Part shown: positions 44,390 through 58,800 of the stretch, piece after piece
Numbering within the stretch: the first letter of the stretch is position 1
Layout: each line of letters begins with the position of its first letter
Assembly (NCBI GenBank): GCA_963514005.1
Contig: OY740818.1
Location: 19,220,001 to 19,284,000 of the forward strand
Length of the DNA: 64,000 nucleotides
Direction: 5' to 3'
DNA from: Raja brachyura
Lineage: Eukaryota
Notes under the pieces: model-generated
Database searches by the model: none
What the model saw: the letters and a program-made list of their open reading frames with translations, nothing else
Told to the model about the DNA's origin: nothing
Position numbers and translations under genes: made by a program

Positions 44390-44900
44390 AGCTTCAGGGA
44401 ACAGCTCCATCCGAGACTGCAAGAAATTGTAGAGAATTGTGGACGCAGCCCAGACCGTCACACAAACCAACCTCCCTTCCATTGACTCCATTTATACCTC
44501 GGCAACGCCAGCAGCATAATCAAGGACGAGTCACACCCTGGCTATTTGCCCTTCTCCCCTCGCCCATCGTGCAAAAGGTAGAGAAGTGTGAAAATGCGCA
44601 CCACCAGATTCAGGGACAGTTTCATCCCAGCTGTTATCAGACAACTGAACTATCCTACCAGAACTAGAGAGTAGTCCTGAATTACTATCCACCTCATTTG
44701 GAGATCCTTGGGTTATTTTTGATCGAACCTTACTGGTTTTATCTTGCATTAAACGTTACTCACTTATCATGTATCTGTGCACTGTGAATGGTTTGATTGT
44801 AATCATATATTGTCTTTCTGCTGACTGGTTAGTATGCAACAACATCTTTTCACTGCATTTTGGTACAGGTGACAATAAACTAAACTAAAAAAAACTAAAC
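44390..44900 (+). mobile_element. Rex1/Babar-type LINE 3' fragment with (AAACT)n tail
   Basis: KLQRIVDAAQ...LPSIDSIY...SIIKDESHPG...RFRDSFIPAVIRQLN and tail GTGACAATAAACTAAACTAA; the same 3' UTR recurs at about 51390-51615. Confidence 0.8.
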
Positions 44901-44994
44901 TTTTATAGTGCTATTGCAGCACAGTTTGCATTTCTATGACATAATAATTACTCACACTGTTACAATAAGAGCAAGCTTTATTTATATCCTAAAT

Positions 44995-45900
44995 AAAAAG
45001 AGAAAATATTGGAAGGACTCAGCAGCATCAATGGGACGAGACATATAGCGAATGTTTCATGTCAAAGATGAAGAGAAAAACATCAAATGTACCTTAAGTT
45101 GCAGAGAGAAGGAAGGGTAGTGAGAACAGAGGGAATGTTCAAGAGGATACATACCAAACTTGTCAAGGCATCACTTACAAAAAACAGTAGAGAGAGACTG
45201 AAGGTGGAAAGGAATAAGAAATTGAAGCAGAAAGACTGCCCACCATTTGTGATGTGCTGGGAAAATAAAAGGCGATGTTCACCTGAAATTGTTAAATTCA
45301 ATATAGTTCCAAGGGCTACAAAATGTACAGATCTAAGACGAGATGCTGCTCCTTGAGCTTACATTGAGCAGTGTTGGATGAAGGTAGGAGGTTGAGGAAA
45401 GGGAGATTAGAATAGAAATGGGAAGTCGAATTAAAAAAACAGATGAATGGAAGTTCACAGTTGCTCTTGCTTTTTGCAAAGTGGTCATTCAGTGCTTGGT
45501 TTCTGCAGTACAGAAGGAATCATACTGAATGCACCAAATGCAATACACTAGATTGCAAGAAGTGTAATTAATTACTGCTGCTGGAAGGACTGTTTGCTTC
45601 CCTAGATGACAAGAAGGTAAGGGGTGAAAAGGAAGATGCATTTTCTGGAGTAGCAATGGAAAATTCCCTGAGAAGGGGAGTGGTTGGTAGAGATCAAGAG
45701 TGAAACAGACTTAAATAAACAATGAAATAGAAAGAAACAGAGAATAATCCTTTGGGAATTTTAAAAGAGGAGGGGGCAGTTATGTCTGCTGTGGGAATAT
45801 TTTTGAAGATGGCAGAAATTGTGGAAGATGATCCGTTGAATGTGGTGCAGTGGAAAGTGAGGATGAGCGGAGTGCTGCAAAGGGGGTTAGTTTAGAGTGA
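44995..45900 (-). mobile_element. Degraded Penelope-like element 3' region
   Basis: Minus strand near 45370-45280 reads AQCKLKEQHLVLDLYIL*PLEL..IEFNNFR, followed by a degenerate family-like end near 45000-45065. Confidence 0.5.
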
Positions 45901-46865
45901 GCAAGGACAGTGGTTAAATTGATCTTACACTAAACAGAAAATACTGGAAGCACAGGTCAAAGCATCAGGAGGGCAAGAAACATGACTGATGTTTATACAG
46001 TGCTTTTACATCAACTTGCAATAACATGAAGTGTTACATTAACAACATCCTATTTAATCAGCACATTTTCTTCTTTATTAGGTAGAGATGTAACCATACG
46101 ATCACCATCTGAAGAAGGGACCCGACCCGGAATGTGATCTATCCACGTTTACCAGAGATGTTGCTTGACCAGATGCTACTTCAGAACTTTGTGTTTTTTT
46201 ATGTAAATCAGCATTCTCCAACAGGATCAAGAATGACTTGCTTCCACTTCAGTTTAGTGGGTTCAGAGAAGACTACGAGGCTCACGTGGGACTCTGAACA
46301 GGAGGTACTTGGCAGGTGAGTCAATGGGAAGTGGTGAACTCCCTCTGCCATTTGCTCTGGGCTTCTGTGTACTTCTGACAAATGGGCTCAAAGTTCGTAG
46401 TGGCAGTCTGAACTTTCCCAAACCATCCTGAGTGGTCACAAACTGCGGATTCTGATAAAGTAGTGTGAATGCTACACCACCTCCATTGGGCTTTGAGAAT
46501 ATGCTTGAATGTTATTAACTGTGAAGTACTTTGGAAAGTGTTGACAGAGTGGAGAGTAGGGTTATTACAGGAGATTTTCTAGCTGCAGTAACCCTAACCT
46601 TAATTATACATTGGCTTAATGGAGAGTTTAACTGAAATGGAAAAAAAGATGTGACATAGCAAATAGAGATAGCCAAGTGTTACATTAATTGTATGGACTA
46701 CGTTAGGACTCCTTAGGTATAAACTGAAATATTAATATCTAATTTATTGTGCTCACATAAAGTAAATTACTTTGGTTATTTCTGCAACCTTTTATCTGAT
46801 TTTGAACTTTGCTCTTGCCTTTTAAAACAAAGACCAAAGTTCAAATCCTTATGCACTTGTCAAAC

Positions 46866-49800
46866 ATGGAGGTGAAAAAGGCTGTGGTTGGCATGGTTTT
46901 CGTTGCAATGATGAGTAGCCAGGGAGTTTCTTTGGGTAAGAAATACAAATGGAGACTGACAGTGGATTGCAAAGCAGTGATTTGGTTGTGATATTCATAT
47001 CATACTGACCTGAATATCTCCTGGTTTAAAATCTAAGACTTGATAGCCGCCATACAGATTGGATTCATGTCTTTCATGTTTTATGTGTTTGTTATTTGTG
47101 GACATGGATTCAGATTTTGCTGTTGAGTGAGGCTGGCAGACAATGTTGAACTTTAGGACATAAAGGATCGCTGAGTATCCAGTACATTTGCGCAGAGGGT
47201 AAAAAATAAGACAAATGCTTGCTGCATTTGCATGGTATCTTTCAAGTTTCTTTTAGAGGATCCCAGAGCACTTAAATACGCAATGAATTGTGGTGACTGC
47301 TGTGAAGTGCAGGCAAAAGTGACTAGTATAAATGGGGCATCTTGGTTGGCATGGACGAATTAAGCTGCAGGGTCTGTTTTTGTGCTGTATGACTCTAAGT
47401 TAGAGACATTGCAGGCTACCTCGAGCAGCAGAGTGATAAAAACTAGATAATCTATTCTAGAAATGTTCTGAACAACGTGCTCTTTTATATTCTTTAAGTT
47501 TATATGCCTGGAATGCTGTGCAAGCAAGACTTTCCACTGTGCCGTACTGAATCTTATGACAATGAACTTGACCTCATCTGAGAGAGCAGACATGTCATGG
47601 TTTAACATCTCATTAACAAGATAGTTCCTTTAACACAATAGCACCTTTCAGTCATGCAATGATGCGCATGCTCCTGTACCTTCTTCCCAATGGTAGTGGT
47701 AAGAAGAGCGTGTGGCCGGGGTGGTGTGGCTCTTTGATGGTATTAGCTACTCTCTTGAAACAGAGCTTCCTGTCGATCCCTTTGATGGTAAGGTCAGCAC
47801 CTGTGATGCACTGGGCAATATCCAATGTGGCCTCCTTCATCCTTGAAGGTTCAAATTTCCAAACCAGTCAGAATTCTTTCCACCGTATAATTGTAAAAGT
47901 TCGATAAACTTTCAGTGACATGCCGATTCTCCTCAAACTTCGGAGGAGGTAGATCTATGGTAAACATTTTTTTGTGTGATTGTATCAATGTGCTGAGCCA
48001 GTTAAGAGTTTTTGAGTCAAAGTTAAGAAATATGCCAAATTAATCCGGCCAAACTTTTGGGGCTGAGGAAAGAGTTGATATTAAGTCATGACTCTTAAAC
48101 ATCTGCACTACACATGTGTACAATACTGTCATTGGTTCGAACATCATTACGACGTGTTATTTACAAGGCAATTGGGCGTAAATTATTTTGGCTTGTGCGA
48201 GGAAAAGACTATGCTTGATTTTCAGCTTAATGTACTTGAATCTTGTTGTCAGATTGCACAAATCCACGTTTAGGACTGAGACAACCTTCCAGTTTAATGA
48301 AGCGCAATGGATGGGAGGAAATAGAACGACTATCAAAAAGAGATGTGACTATTTGCTGTTTGTTTGTTTCACATAAGCTCCAGATCTGAAGATTGATCAA
48401 GCCCTGGTTATTCTGCATAACACCTTGAGCCAGCATAATGTCAGCATCCTCTACCTGTCTGATTACTGCTACAAGGTAAGAGGATGTTAGTCAATACATT
48501 TGACTATCCACAACATTCACTCTTCTAACAACAATAGCGAAAGGCATAGATAATGGTCTGTGAAGTCCATGTGCACTACATTATGTACTTTAGCTACATT
48601 CTTCCAACTGCTCTTTCTACATTTTACTGTGGTTTGCATATGAATACTGATAATTGAAATGTCTATAAGTTAGGTTGGAAGTGACTTCTCACTTAAATCT
48701 TGCTTACACATCTAAATCAATGAAATTGACTGCCCACTAGTGTCAGTAATCATATATTAGAGGCAAGGTGAAACTGTATTTTATATTCATTCAAAACTGT
48801 AGCTGTCTATTTATGCAACATTAAAATTAAAATTACAGCGCAGAGAGAGCCTCTCGTGTTTGATGGGAGTATCAGTCTAACAAGTTGCTGTTAGTGGATG
48901 ATAGTTACACAATAGGTATATTGTGTGCAAAATCATTCCTGGTTGCTTATGGTAGTGTGGTCTCCAGGCATGATCAGTTGTGCAATAGTGGAGCCACTAT
49001 TTATAGCAGAAACATTTTGCATGGGTGGACCTTATGATCCGCTTCTCCTTGTTGGCTCAGGAAACTAGAAAGGAAAAGTCAGCCTTGCTGGCTGTAGTTG
49101 TCCCATGGCTTGAAGGACTTGTACATGACTTGTCAACATTTATCCCAGAAATAAAAGCTTCATGTGCCTCCATTCATCTCAGGGGTGTTTACAGGATATT
49201 GCTGGCAAACGGCAATCACCTCATTATCCGCAGGGCAAACCTATTGTCCATCAAAGAAGATATTTATTTTCTGAGTCACTGTATTGTGTTTCCACATGAA
49301 ATTCAGTGTGTAAAAACACCAAAATAAGAATGTTGAAAGAATAGCATAATAAAAAGCTACTTTTCTTAATTTTACTTCTTCCAAATTTCAAAAAGACATA
49401 TCAGTAATCCCCAAAAGCATCTGTGGACGGAAATGGTCTGAAGAAGGGTCCGAACCTGAAATATGATTTATCCATTTCCCTCCACAGATGCTGCCTGAAC
49501 TGCTGAGTTCCAGTAGTTGTTAATATGACTGCCTATCTCTGGGATTTCTCCCAGGACAATTTAAAGCCCTTGATTTAAAAAATGATAATTTCTGATCATT
49601 CAGTCAACTTTCCTATGATTACCTTTTTGTTACCATTCTTGGAATATGTTAAAAGTTTATTTTGAGTTTCACTTATCAAGGTGTTCAACATTTTTTTAAA
49701 TTCCCCCTTTGTCTTTGGGGTTGTACAGGTAAACAAATAATGAGAATAGGCTTCAACAACATTGGCAACCTAGTGGCGGCAGCTGGTAGAGCTGCTGTCT

Positions 49801-52800
49801 CACTGCAGCAGAGACCTGGGTTCAATCCTGACCTCGGGTGCTGTCTGTGTGGAGTTTGCACATTTTCCTGCGACCACATGGGTTTCCTCTGGATGCTCCA
49901 GTTTCCTCCCACATTACCAAGGGCGGGTTCATGGGTTAATTGGCCTCTGTAAACTGCCCCAAGTGTGTAGGGAATGGATGTGAAAGGTGGATAACATATC
50001 ATTGGTGTGAAAAGTTATCAGTGGTGGGCCGGAGGGCTATTTCCATGATGTATCTTTCAATTAATCAAAACACACTCATCCTTAATGTTGGAAGGGCAAA
50101 AAAAAAAATCAGCACAGGTAAGTTTACTAAGTTTAAAAAGCAAGTGTGGTCAATATTATAATGTAAAAATAAATCATCAGATGTGGTAATTCAAGCAGTG
50201 ATAGGGAAATAATACATAATTGCATATCTTTGAATATATTTTTGTTGTAAATTACTTCTCCTGAAAAAGAATGTGATCTTCGTATGTTGCTTCTGTTGGT
50301 TTCATTTATTGCTAACACAGAATCAGCTGATTTATCAACTATCATCATTACGTGGAATGTAAAGGGAGAGTGATGCACATGTACGTTTTCGGCTGTCTTT
50401 CCTTGCTGGGGATAAATAATAAGAATAGGAAGAATGTTACTGATAAATTCTTCATGTTAGCCACCAGGTGGTGGCAGAAGCTAGCTATTCTGATTATAGT
50501 GGCGCATTTGTTCAACATATGTTTTTCAAACTGTTTTGAATGATCCGCGCGTGGAAACACGTACATAAGACAAAAACAAATCCCACTGGTGCTTGTACAT
50601 TTGCAAGCTTGTTTTGGCTTGTGGAGTCTATTCTCATATTTGAGTCAAGGACCTGAACATTCACGACCCATTCCAGAATATGATTGTAAAGGCTTATGCA
50701 GAATTGAAGGTGTGGTGTATTGTTAAAGATGTTATATGTCGGATGAGAGCTTTACTGAAATCCTAAAAAGTTCAGATGGATGTTAACCATCTCATAGGTG
50801 CAAGAAAGAACTGCAGATGCTGGTTTAAATCGAAGGTAGACACAAAATGCTGGAGTAACTTAGCAGGTAAGGCAGCATCTCTGGAGAGAAGGAATGGGCG
50901 ACGTCTCAACCCGAAACATCGCCAATTCCTTCTCTCCAGAGATGTTGCCTCACCCGCTGAGTTACTCCAGCATTTTGTGTTAACCATCTCATACTTCTGT
51001 GAAAGAAAATGTCTCTATGACTATTTGGGACAACATTTCTCCCTCAATCAATGTCATATACCAACTGACTTCTATTACATTTATGTTTCCGTGATCTTCT
51101 TTGGTATATTTTGTTAGCTGTTCTGCAAAATCTAACACCAGTTGCTGCATTTAAAATATTGTAGCTGAAATAGGTTATGGGAAGAAGTGCCAAATAAATG
51201 GAAGTCTAATATCTTTCCTTCAGCATTCTGCTTATTGTCATACCTACATTTTCCATCTCTTTTGCAAATGGAATATCTTGCAGCTGTCTTACGTCATGTA
51301 TTTTTAATTAGAATCAATTCCAATACAATTGTACGAATAATACACATACACAGGAACCTTTCAGCTCTTCACAGTTCCTCACCTTACCACAACCAGAGAG
51401 CAATGTTGAACTGCTATCTAATTCATTGGTGACCCTCGTATTATCCTTGATCGGACTTTGCTGGCTTTCCCTTGCACTAAATGTTATTTCTTTATCACGT
51501 ATCTATACACTGTAAATGGCTCGATTGTAATTATGTTTTGACTTTCTGCTGACTGGTTAGCACACAACAAAAGCTTTTCACTGTACCTCGGTACACGTGA
51601 CACTAAACTAAACTGAAGCGTTCAAAACTTATCTCAAAGATCCACTTTGCATTGCTTTTAATATCTGTCTCAACTATTTATCCAATTCTTTCACAATCAT
51701 CTCTGCGTTGGCCTTACTCTAATGTAAACATTAGTTGGTCCAAGAATCCATGAGGTAAAGAAATAATTTCCACAGAACAAGCATTATCAAGGAGCATCAC
51801 ATCTGGCTATGCCCTTTCCTCCAGTTTGAGCGTATACTGAGAAAAAGGAACCTTTTGTGCACATAACACAAAGTATGTGAATTTATGATGTGCTTTGATT
51901 TACTTTAGGACAAAATAAATCAACACTTGCAACATTTCATGGGATAAATTGTCAGTTACTGAAATTATGACTAAGATGAAATTAAATTTGCTTTGAGAAG
52001 ACAAACTGTTCATGAGAACCAACCTGCCAGTTGAAAACACACTTTTTGCTGTCAGGTAGTTTACAGTTAATGTTACAGTTCAACTAATTTGTTATCATTG
52101 TTCAGTGAGGAGCATTGGCCTCTGGATACTGCACACAATGTGAAATTCTGAAATAAAGAATTATTCCCTTCCTTGGGGGAAATAAAGCACAGCATTCCTA
52201 TGTTTTCTTTCTGGCCCTGAACATCAGATTTCAATGTATCCATTTTTGCTTTAATTGACAAGTGCATGGTGGATAAAATTCTGTAATGCAATTACCTGGT
52301 CCCAAAATCACAAACCATCCATTCAATTCTTCCTTGAATGTTATTCAGAGATCAGTATCTGGAACTCTTTGCCAAAGGAGATGGTAGAGTCCGATACAAT
52401 CACAAAATATAAGAGACATATTTAGAAAACACTTAAATAGACAAGGCATACATAGAAATAAATGGACCCAATGCATGTCAATGGGATTAGTGTAGATGGC
52501 AAATGGTTGGCATGAACCTAGTGGAACAAATAGGCCAGTTTCTGTGTTATACAAGTCTAAAATGCTGGGAACATTTCTTTGTGGTACTAACCAGTTCAAA
52601 GACAGCTCTGAATGTTCTGTTCTCTAATCTGCTGCGTGTTTTCAGCATTTTATTTGCTTTTACGAGTCAATGACCAGATTTAATGGACTATTTACTGCTC
52701 CACCCACCCCTCTCATTTCCCAAATTGGAGATCTGGGTGAAAATGGAGTACTACAGCATCTTTTTGAACTATGATTTGCAGTTTATCCCCCTATTTCATT

Positions 52801-55800
52801 GTCTTTCTTTCAGATTATTTGGCTCTATTTTTTATTGTATTGCTTCATCTTAAAAATAACAAAATGGTTGGTTGATATCTGGGGGGACAACCCCTTTCAG
52901 CACTTTAATGTTTCCACGTGGTAATAAGAGAACTCCATGACATGAACAACATGTTTTATTACATTAAATTATGAAAAATTAATTATGTTTACAAATACAC
53001 AGGACTAGATGTTAAAAGTCCAAAGTGCCAAATTTCAATTTACTCCCGATGGTGATGGGAGCCTTCTGTACTCACCTATGCTCCTCCGATGTTGAGAAAG
53101 GCTAGGCAGACATGTCATTGGGGTTATCACCTACTTTCATCGACATTTCGCTGATTGAACCCGAAACGTCGATGAACATGTTGTATAAAAATATTCTGGT
53201 GAGAATTGAAACGGACATGAAAAAAAAATTACACGCCTCGGCACTTTTACTTCCTAAAACTCTTGGTCTGAACTTTTTCCATCTCCTTCAAACTTATCTC
53301 TTTGACCGAGGATTTTATCACATCTTGTTGTTATTCTTGTCGTCTTGTTATTTGGCTCTGTGTCAAATTCTATTGATTGATGAAGCAACTTTCAGAGTGT
53401 CATCAGAACTTGCACGGACAAGCTAGCAGAAGTATTCACAGACATTTTTAGCCTCCTTATTATAACCTGTAGTTCCAATGTGCTTAAGCTGATGATTACC
53501 ATACCGGTGCCAAAGAAAAATAAAGTAGAGTGCCTTAATGACATACACCATCGTGAAGTACTTCAGGAGGCAGGTCATATTCATGTTAACTCCAGCCTTG
53601 ATCCACTGTAGTCCACCTACTGCCATAACAGTGCATTGCAGAACCCATCTCCTGGCCCTACACTAATGCAATCTCCAAACGCCGAGATCAAGAACTCAGG
53701 ACCTGTTCTGCAACTGGATCCCAGCCTTTTTGGCCAAATCAGTAAGGAGAGGCAGCAAAACAGCCTCATGATTATTCTCAACACCGGTTCCCCACAAAGC
53801 TTTGTGTTTCAGCTGCTTATTATACACCCTCTGCACTCACAACTTCTGTTCCAACTCCATTTATAGGGGCAGGATCTGAAACAATGACAACATGGAGCAC
53901 ATGAAGGAGATTGAAAGCTTAGTAGCCTGTTGTTAAGATAACAACTTTCTAACCAAAAGGCAAAAATGCTACCAAATGAAAAAAATTGGGACATAAATAT
54001 ATGGATTGTTTAAGAAGACATGAAATGGAGGCATAGATCATTTGGTTTCTCCAATCTGTTCCATTGATTAATAACATTGTGACTCAATGCAGGCATGAGG
54101 AACAAAACCTTATCTTCCATCTCAGTACATTGTAGCCTTTCTAGACTCAATATCAAATTCTTCCATTTTAGGTAACTGCGTTTAGGTATCAGAACTGGCC
54201 ATTTCTACCCGTCTTCTTTTTGGTTCAGGTTTTCTTTTCCTGTTTGTATAATCTGGTTGCTGGGTATCATAAGTTCCTAATGGATACGAGTAGAATTTGG
54301 CCCATCAAGTCTACTCAACCATTCAATCATGGCTGATCTCTCCCTCCTAACCTCATTCTTCTGCCTTTTCCCCATAACCTCTGGGTATGTCCCACTGTCT
54401 TGCTATCAACAACCATTATACAGACAAAGATGCATAGTGCCACATGAATTAATTTGCCCTCACCCAGTCAGAAATATCCTTTTTTTTTTGCTATCCTTCC
54501 CTCCCCTATCTTCGCTGCTACTGAAAGTTTATTTGTAACCTTGTGTTTTGCAGCTCTGACAAAGATTCACAGACCTGTATCCCTAATTGCTTACCATACC
54601 TGCATATTTACTTTTCATATCACATGAGCCAGAATACTGGGGATTCTTTGTAGACCAACGTTTATTAGGTTTAATACATATTTTGTTTTTCTTTTATTCA
54701 TATCAAAGCACATAACTTTACATTTTTCCTCTATACACCATTTGCCAGTTTCTAGGACACATACTTAACCTGTCTAAATCTTTTTGTAATCACTTTGTAT
54801 CCTCCTCACTGTTCCTCCAAGCCCTTGATGTACATATAAACATATGAATTAGAAATGTAAGACAACCTGCACATTCCATATATTTGTTTAGAAAGCCTCG
54901 TTTGAACAGCTTCCACTGTATAAACATCCTTCCTCACTAAACACAGTACCCCAGTTGTGGTCTCACCACATTATAAAACTGAAGCATAATTTCTCTATTT
55001 CTGTCATCCATTACTTTGCAATAAACAACGACATTATGTTAGCTTTCATAATTACATGCTGTACATATATACTAACCATTAATGAATCACGCACCAGGAC
55101 ACCCAGATCCCTATGCATCTCAGAACTCTGCAGTCTCTCACCATATAGATAATATGCTCTTTTATATTAACTGTCAAAATGCTTGGCAAACGTGGATGTG
55201 GAGAGGATGTTTCCTCTAGTGGGAGAATCTAGGACTAGAAGTAATTGCCTCAGAATTAAAGGACATTCCTTAAGGAAGGAGATGAGGAGGAATGTAAATC
55301 TGTGGAATTATTTGCCACAGAAGGCTGTGGAGGCCAAGTCAGTGGATATTTTTAAGGCAGTGAGAGATAGATGCTTGATTAGTACAGGTGTCAGTGGTTA
55401 TGGGGAGAAGGCAGGAGAATGGGGTTAGGAGGGAGAGATAGATCTGCCATGATTGAATGGTGGTGCACACTTGATGGACAGAATGGCCTAATTCTGCTCC
55501 TATCACTTATGATCTTATGACCTTATGAAAATGATTAATTTCACATATGCAAAATCATACTCTTAATTGCTATATTTTAGTTCACTCACATTACTTCACT
55601 ATATCCTTTTGTAGCCTCCTTGTGACCTCTTCACAAGTTACTTTCCCACTTTGTGTCATCAGGCAACTTAGCAATTACCGGACATACCTTCTGTGCCTTC
55701 AGGTTATTTTTGGAAACTGAATTTTGTATCAGGAATACCAAACTGACCCAACTCGTCATAATCTGCCAAACCAAAAGTGTCCATTTTGTTCCTACTCTCG

Positions 55801-58800
55801 GCTTTCTGTTCTTTGCCAAACCATTATACAAGCTATTGGCCATTATAACTGCCAGACCACTTGAAATGTATCCCTACATATGTCACATTAAAAAAACCCC
55901 CACAAAATTGTGGCTAATTCAACAACAATCTTGTTCTCATATTTAGTTTTTACAATGTGCTCTCTCTGTATGTCTTTTTCTCTTTTCCATTTCCATTTTC
56001 CTATTTTTAATAATGTTAATCTGTATTATCATTTTTAACCAAAAGCCCTACTGGGGACAAGTGTTGCGAATTAGCTTTGGCTAAAACTCTATGATGCATA
56101 CATCAGATGACTGTTTCAAGTGTATTTATGTTTTTGTATCTGTCCCTATTTAAATAAACCTTAATCATCATTTTATGTAACAATCCTTTGTATAGTACCT
56201 AATCAAACACTTTAAAAAAATGTTGCTTAACCTCCATTGCATAAAATCATCCCATTCACTCCTATTTTTGAAAAAGCACAATGTAGAATGTCAATCCCCA
56301 ATCGCTCCTGAAAGTAAAGAATTCATTTGGACTAAATAACCTCTTAATCACTCCACGATGACCAATGCCCCTGAGCCACATCACTTATGATCCAGTGTGC
56401 AGAATTCTTGGTCACAGTTACAAAACATTCTTTTGTATTGTGTAATATTTATCATCGATTATACAAGTCATACACATTGTTTTTTTTTTATAAATAAGGC
56501 ACATGGATTATTTTATAAGCATGTATTGTTGCCAAAATGTAAATATTACACCTTTAACAGTTTTATCTTGACATAAGTTAGAATTCAAGTGCAAGAATTC
56601 TTGGCAGGTTAGCTATGCCAAAATCCATTCATCTATTCACTAATGTCAATGGTTTAGGACAGCTTAAAGGAATTCAGAATTACATTTACATTGGCAAGAC
56701 TCCAGTAGTTACTGAATAATGGGAGTGCCACAGTGATCTATAGGATGAGCGATTAAACAGATCAGCGTTTGAGAAACTTGGAAGCGAGGACCATTAATCT
56801 GTTACAAAGTGTGCATCTGGAATAATAAGCTGTTGATTTAACCCTTTGCAGTTACACTTTTGTACTGAAAAAATGTCAAAATAATTCAATTAATTCTGGT
56901 GCATGTCATAAATTAGAGGTTAATGATTCTGTTACTTTGGTGTATAAGAAGATTCACTTGAAACTGTAATGAAATGGTCCCCTATTTTCATGAAGCTTTA
57001 GCTCAAACGGATTTGCACATCTAAAATACAAGACAAAGGAAATTAAACACAAATGTATTAATGCTCAATGCATTGACTGTTAAATGAAGAAATTAATTTC
57101 AACACAAATTCAGTTGGATGGCTGAAGTTCAAGCAATTACAATAAAATATAAATAAATACACATAAGAAACTGCAGATCCTGGAGCCTAGAGTCATCACT
57201 GAATTGTTCAATCTGTTTCTCTCTCCATTGTTGATGGCTGCCCTGCAAAATATTTTTTCAGATTTTAAGTTTATTTTACTTCTTCACTATTGTCCTAGAG
57301 TGTTCCTAGTGATCCTGATCCTGGAGGGATTGAGTTATCAAGCTAATAATCAGGCTTCAAAATTCAGTGGAGCTGGAAGGGGAAATGAAACACATCCTTC
57401 TGATTCCATTAATTTTTAAATCATTGTGTTGTTCCCTTTTATGCATATTCAGTGGGACTGTGTGTAGATTTGAAATACACAGATCTTGTGTTAATTTTGT
57501 TCAGCCAGTCCAATTTCAGGAAAGAAACCAGAAATGGCCTCATGGTTCCCATTGCTGCATGTAGAAGGGATTATTGTCTGTTTCTGAACTCTTGGCTATT
57601 ACTATATTTTGTTTTGGCTGCAGTGTCACAAAAGCAATAGAACTGAAACAGTGCAGAGATGAGCAACAAGGTGATGGAAAGTATAAAGAAGATGAGTTAT
57701 AAGGAAAGCTTAACAGAACAAAAGCTTTGCCATTTAGGTTAAGTGGGGCCCTCATGAAAGTATATAAAACATTTTCGTGATAGGCAATGTAAGTGCTGAA
57801 TATTATTAAATTATGAAAGTAGGGCCAGGAGAAATAAGTGGAAGTGAATGAAATGTTAATTGAAAACAGATATGTTATCTGATGCTTTGCTCAGTATGAT
57901 TAATTTTAAAATTATCTGCTAACCCAATGAAAGCAAAAATATTGGAGTTGTTTAAAATATTATTGGATGATATTATGTGGTAATCAAGTCAACTTTGTTG
58001 CAAAGTTTGGTATTGAAGGGATAAGTAATAATAGGCATTAATGGGTAGGCTCTTCATGGGTGACTTGGCATACCAGAGGGATAATCTTAAATCGCTTGTG
58101 TGGTCTTTTCTTGTAACTGACTTCTACGCTGAGTCAAAATAAAAAATAACTTTAAATTCTAACTGCGCAAGTTGCAAAATGCCAGTCATAATCTTGTTTG
58201 ATTATCTTAGTCAAGGCTATTTTCTAAGTTTCTTTGTTTCTAATTTCCATCAATTGTAATCTATGATGATTCATTTATCTTCCACTGGATAGGAAGTATA
58301 GATTGAACAAAGATATGGAAAGTGTCCCATCTCGTTTTAGCATTAAAGGAACAGCGCAGGTTGCTCCATTTGTGAAATTAGCATTGGTACCTGTCAGTGG
58401 GAGGTTTGCAGAACAGTGATGTTGGGGATTTGCCGGTGTGCAATAACCTGAAAACGACAGATGTTTTCCATGCTTTGTTGCTGCAAGTTATTCCAGATGT
58501 TACAAAGTAACACAGCAGGTAAGATCTTCGTAAGCTAACAATCTCCCAGCTCTGGGACAGTGTTGCCAACTGGTGAGGAAGGCATATGGTATGCTTACTT
58601 TCACTTGACAGGGTATTGAGAACAATAGTTGAGATGTCATCTGTTAGTGAGTCCACAACTAGATTTTTGTGTGGAATTATTGGAATATTTGTGGAATTAT
58701 TGTGGAATATTAGAACATTTCTTTTCAGATAAAAGAGGAGGAATTAGGTTCTTCTTGGCCAGACTTAAGTCATTAAACCATTCTTGCAGCATGCAACAAT

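Noticed and set aside
53112-53426. 104-aa plus-strand ORF as an exon or gene
   Set aside because: No recognisable homology and no fit to the HGSNAT-like exon chain, which joins directly from 48475 to 59036.
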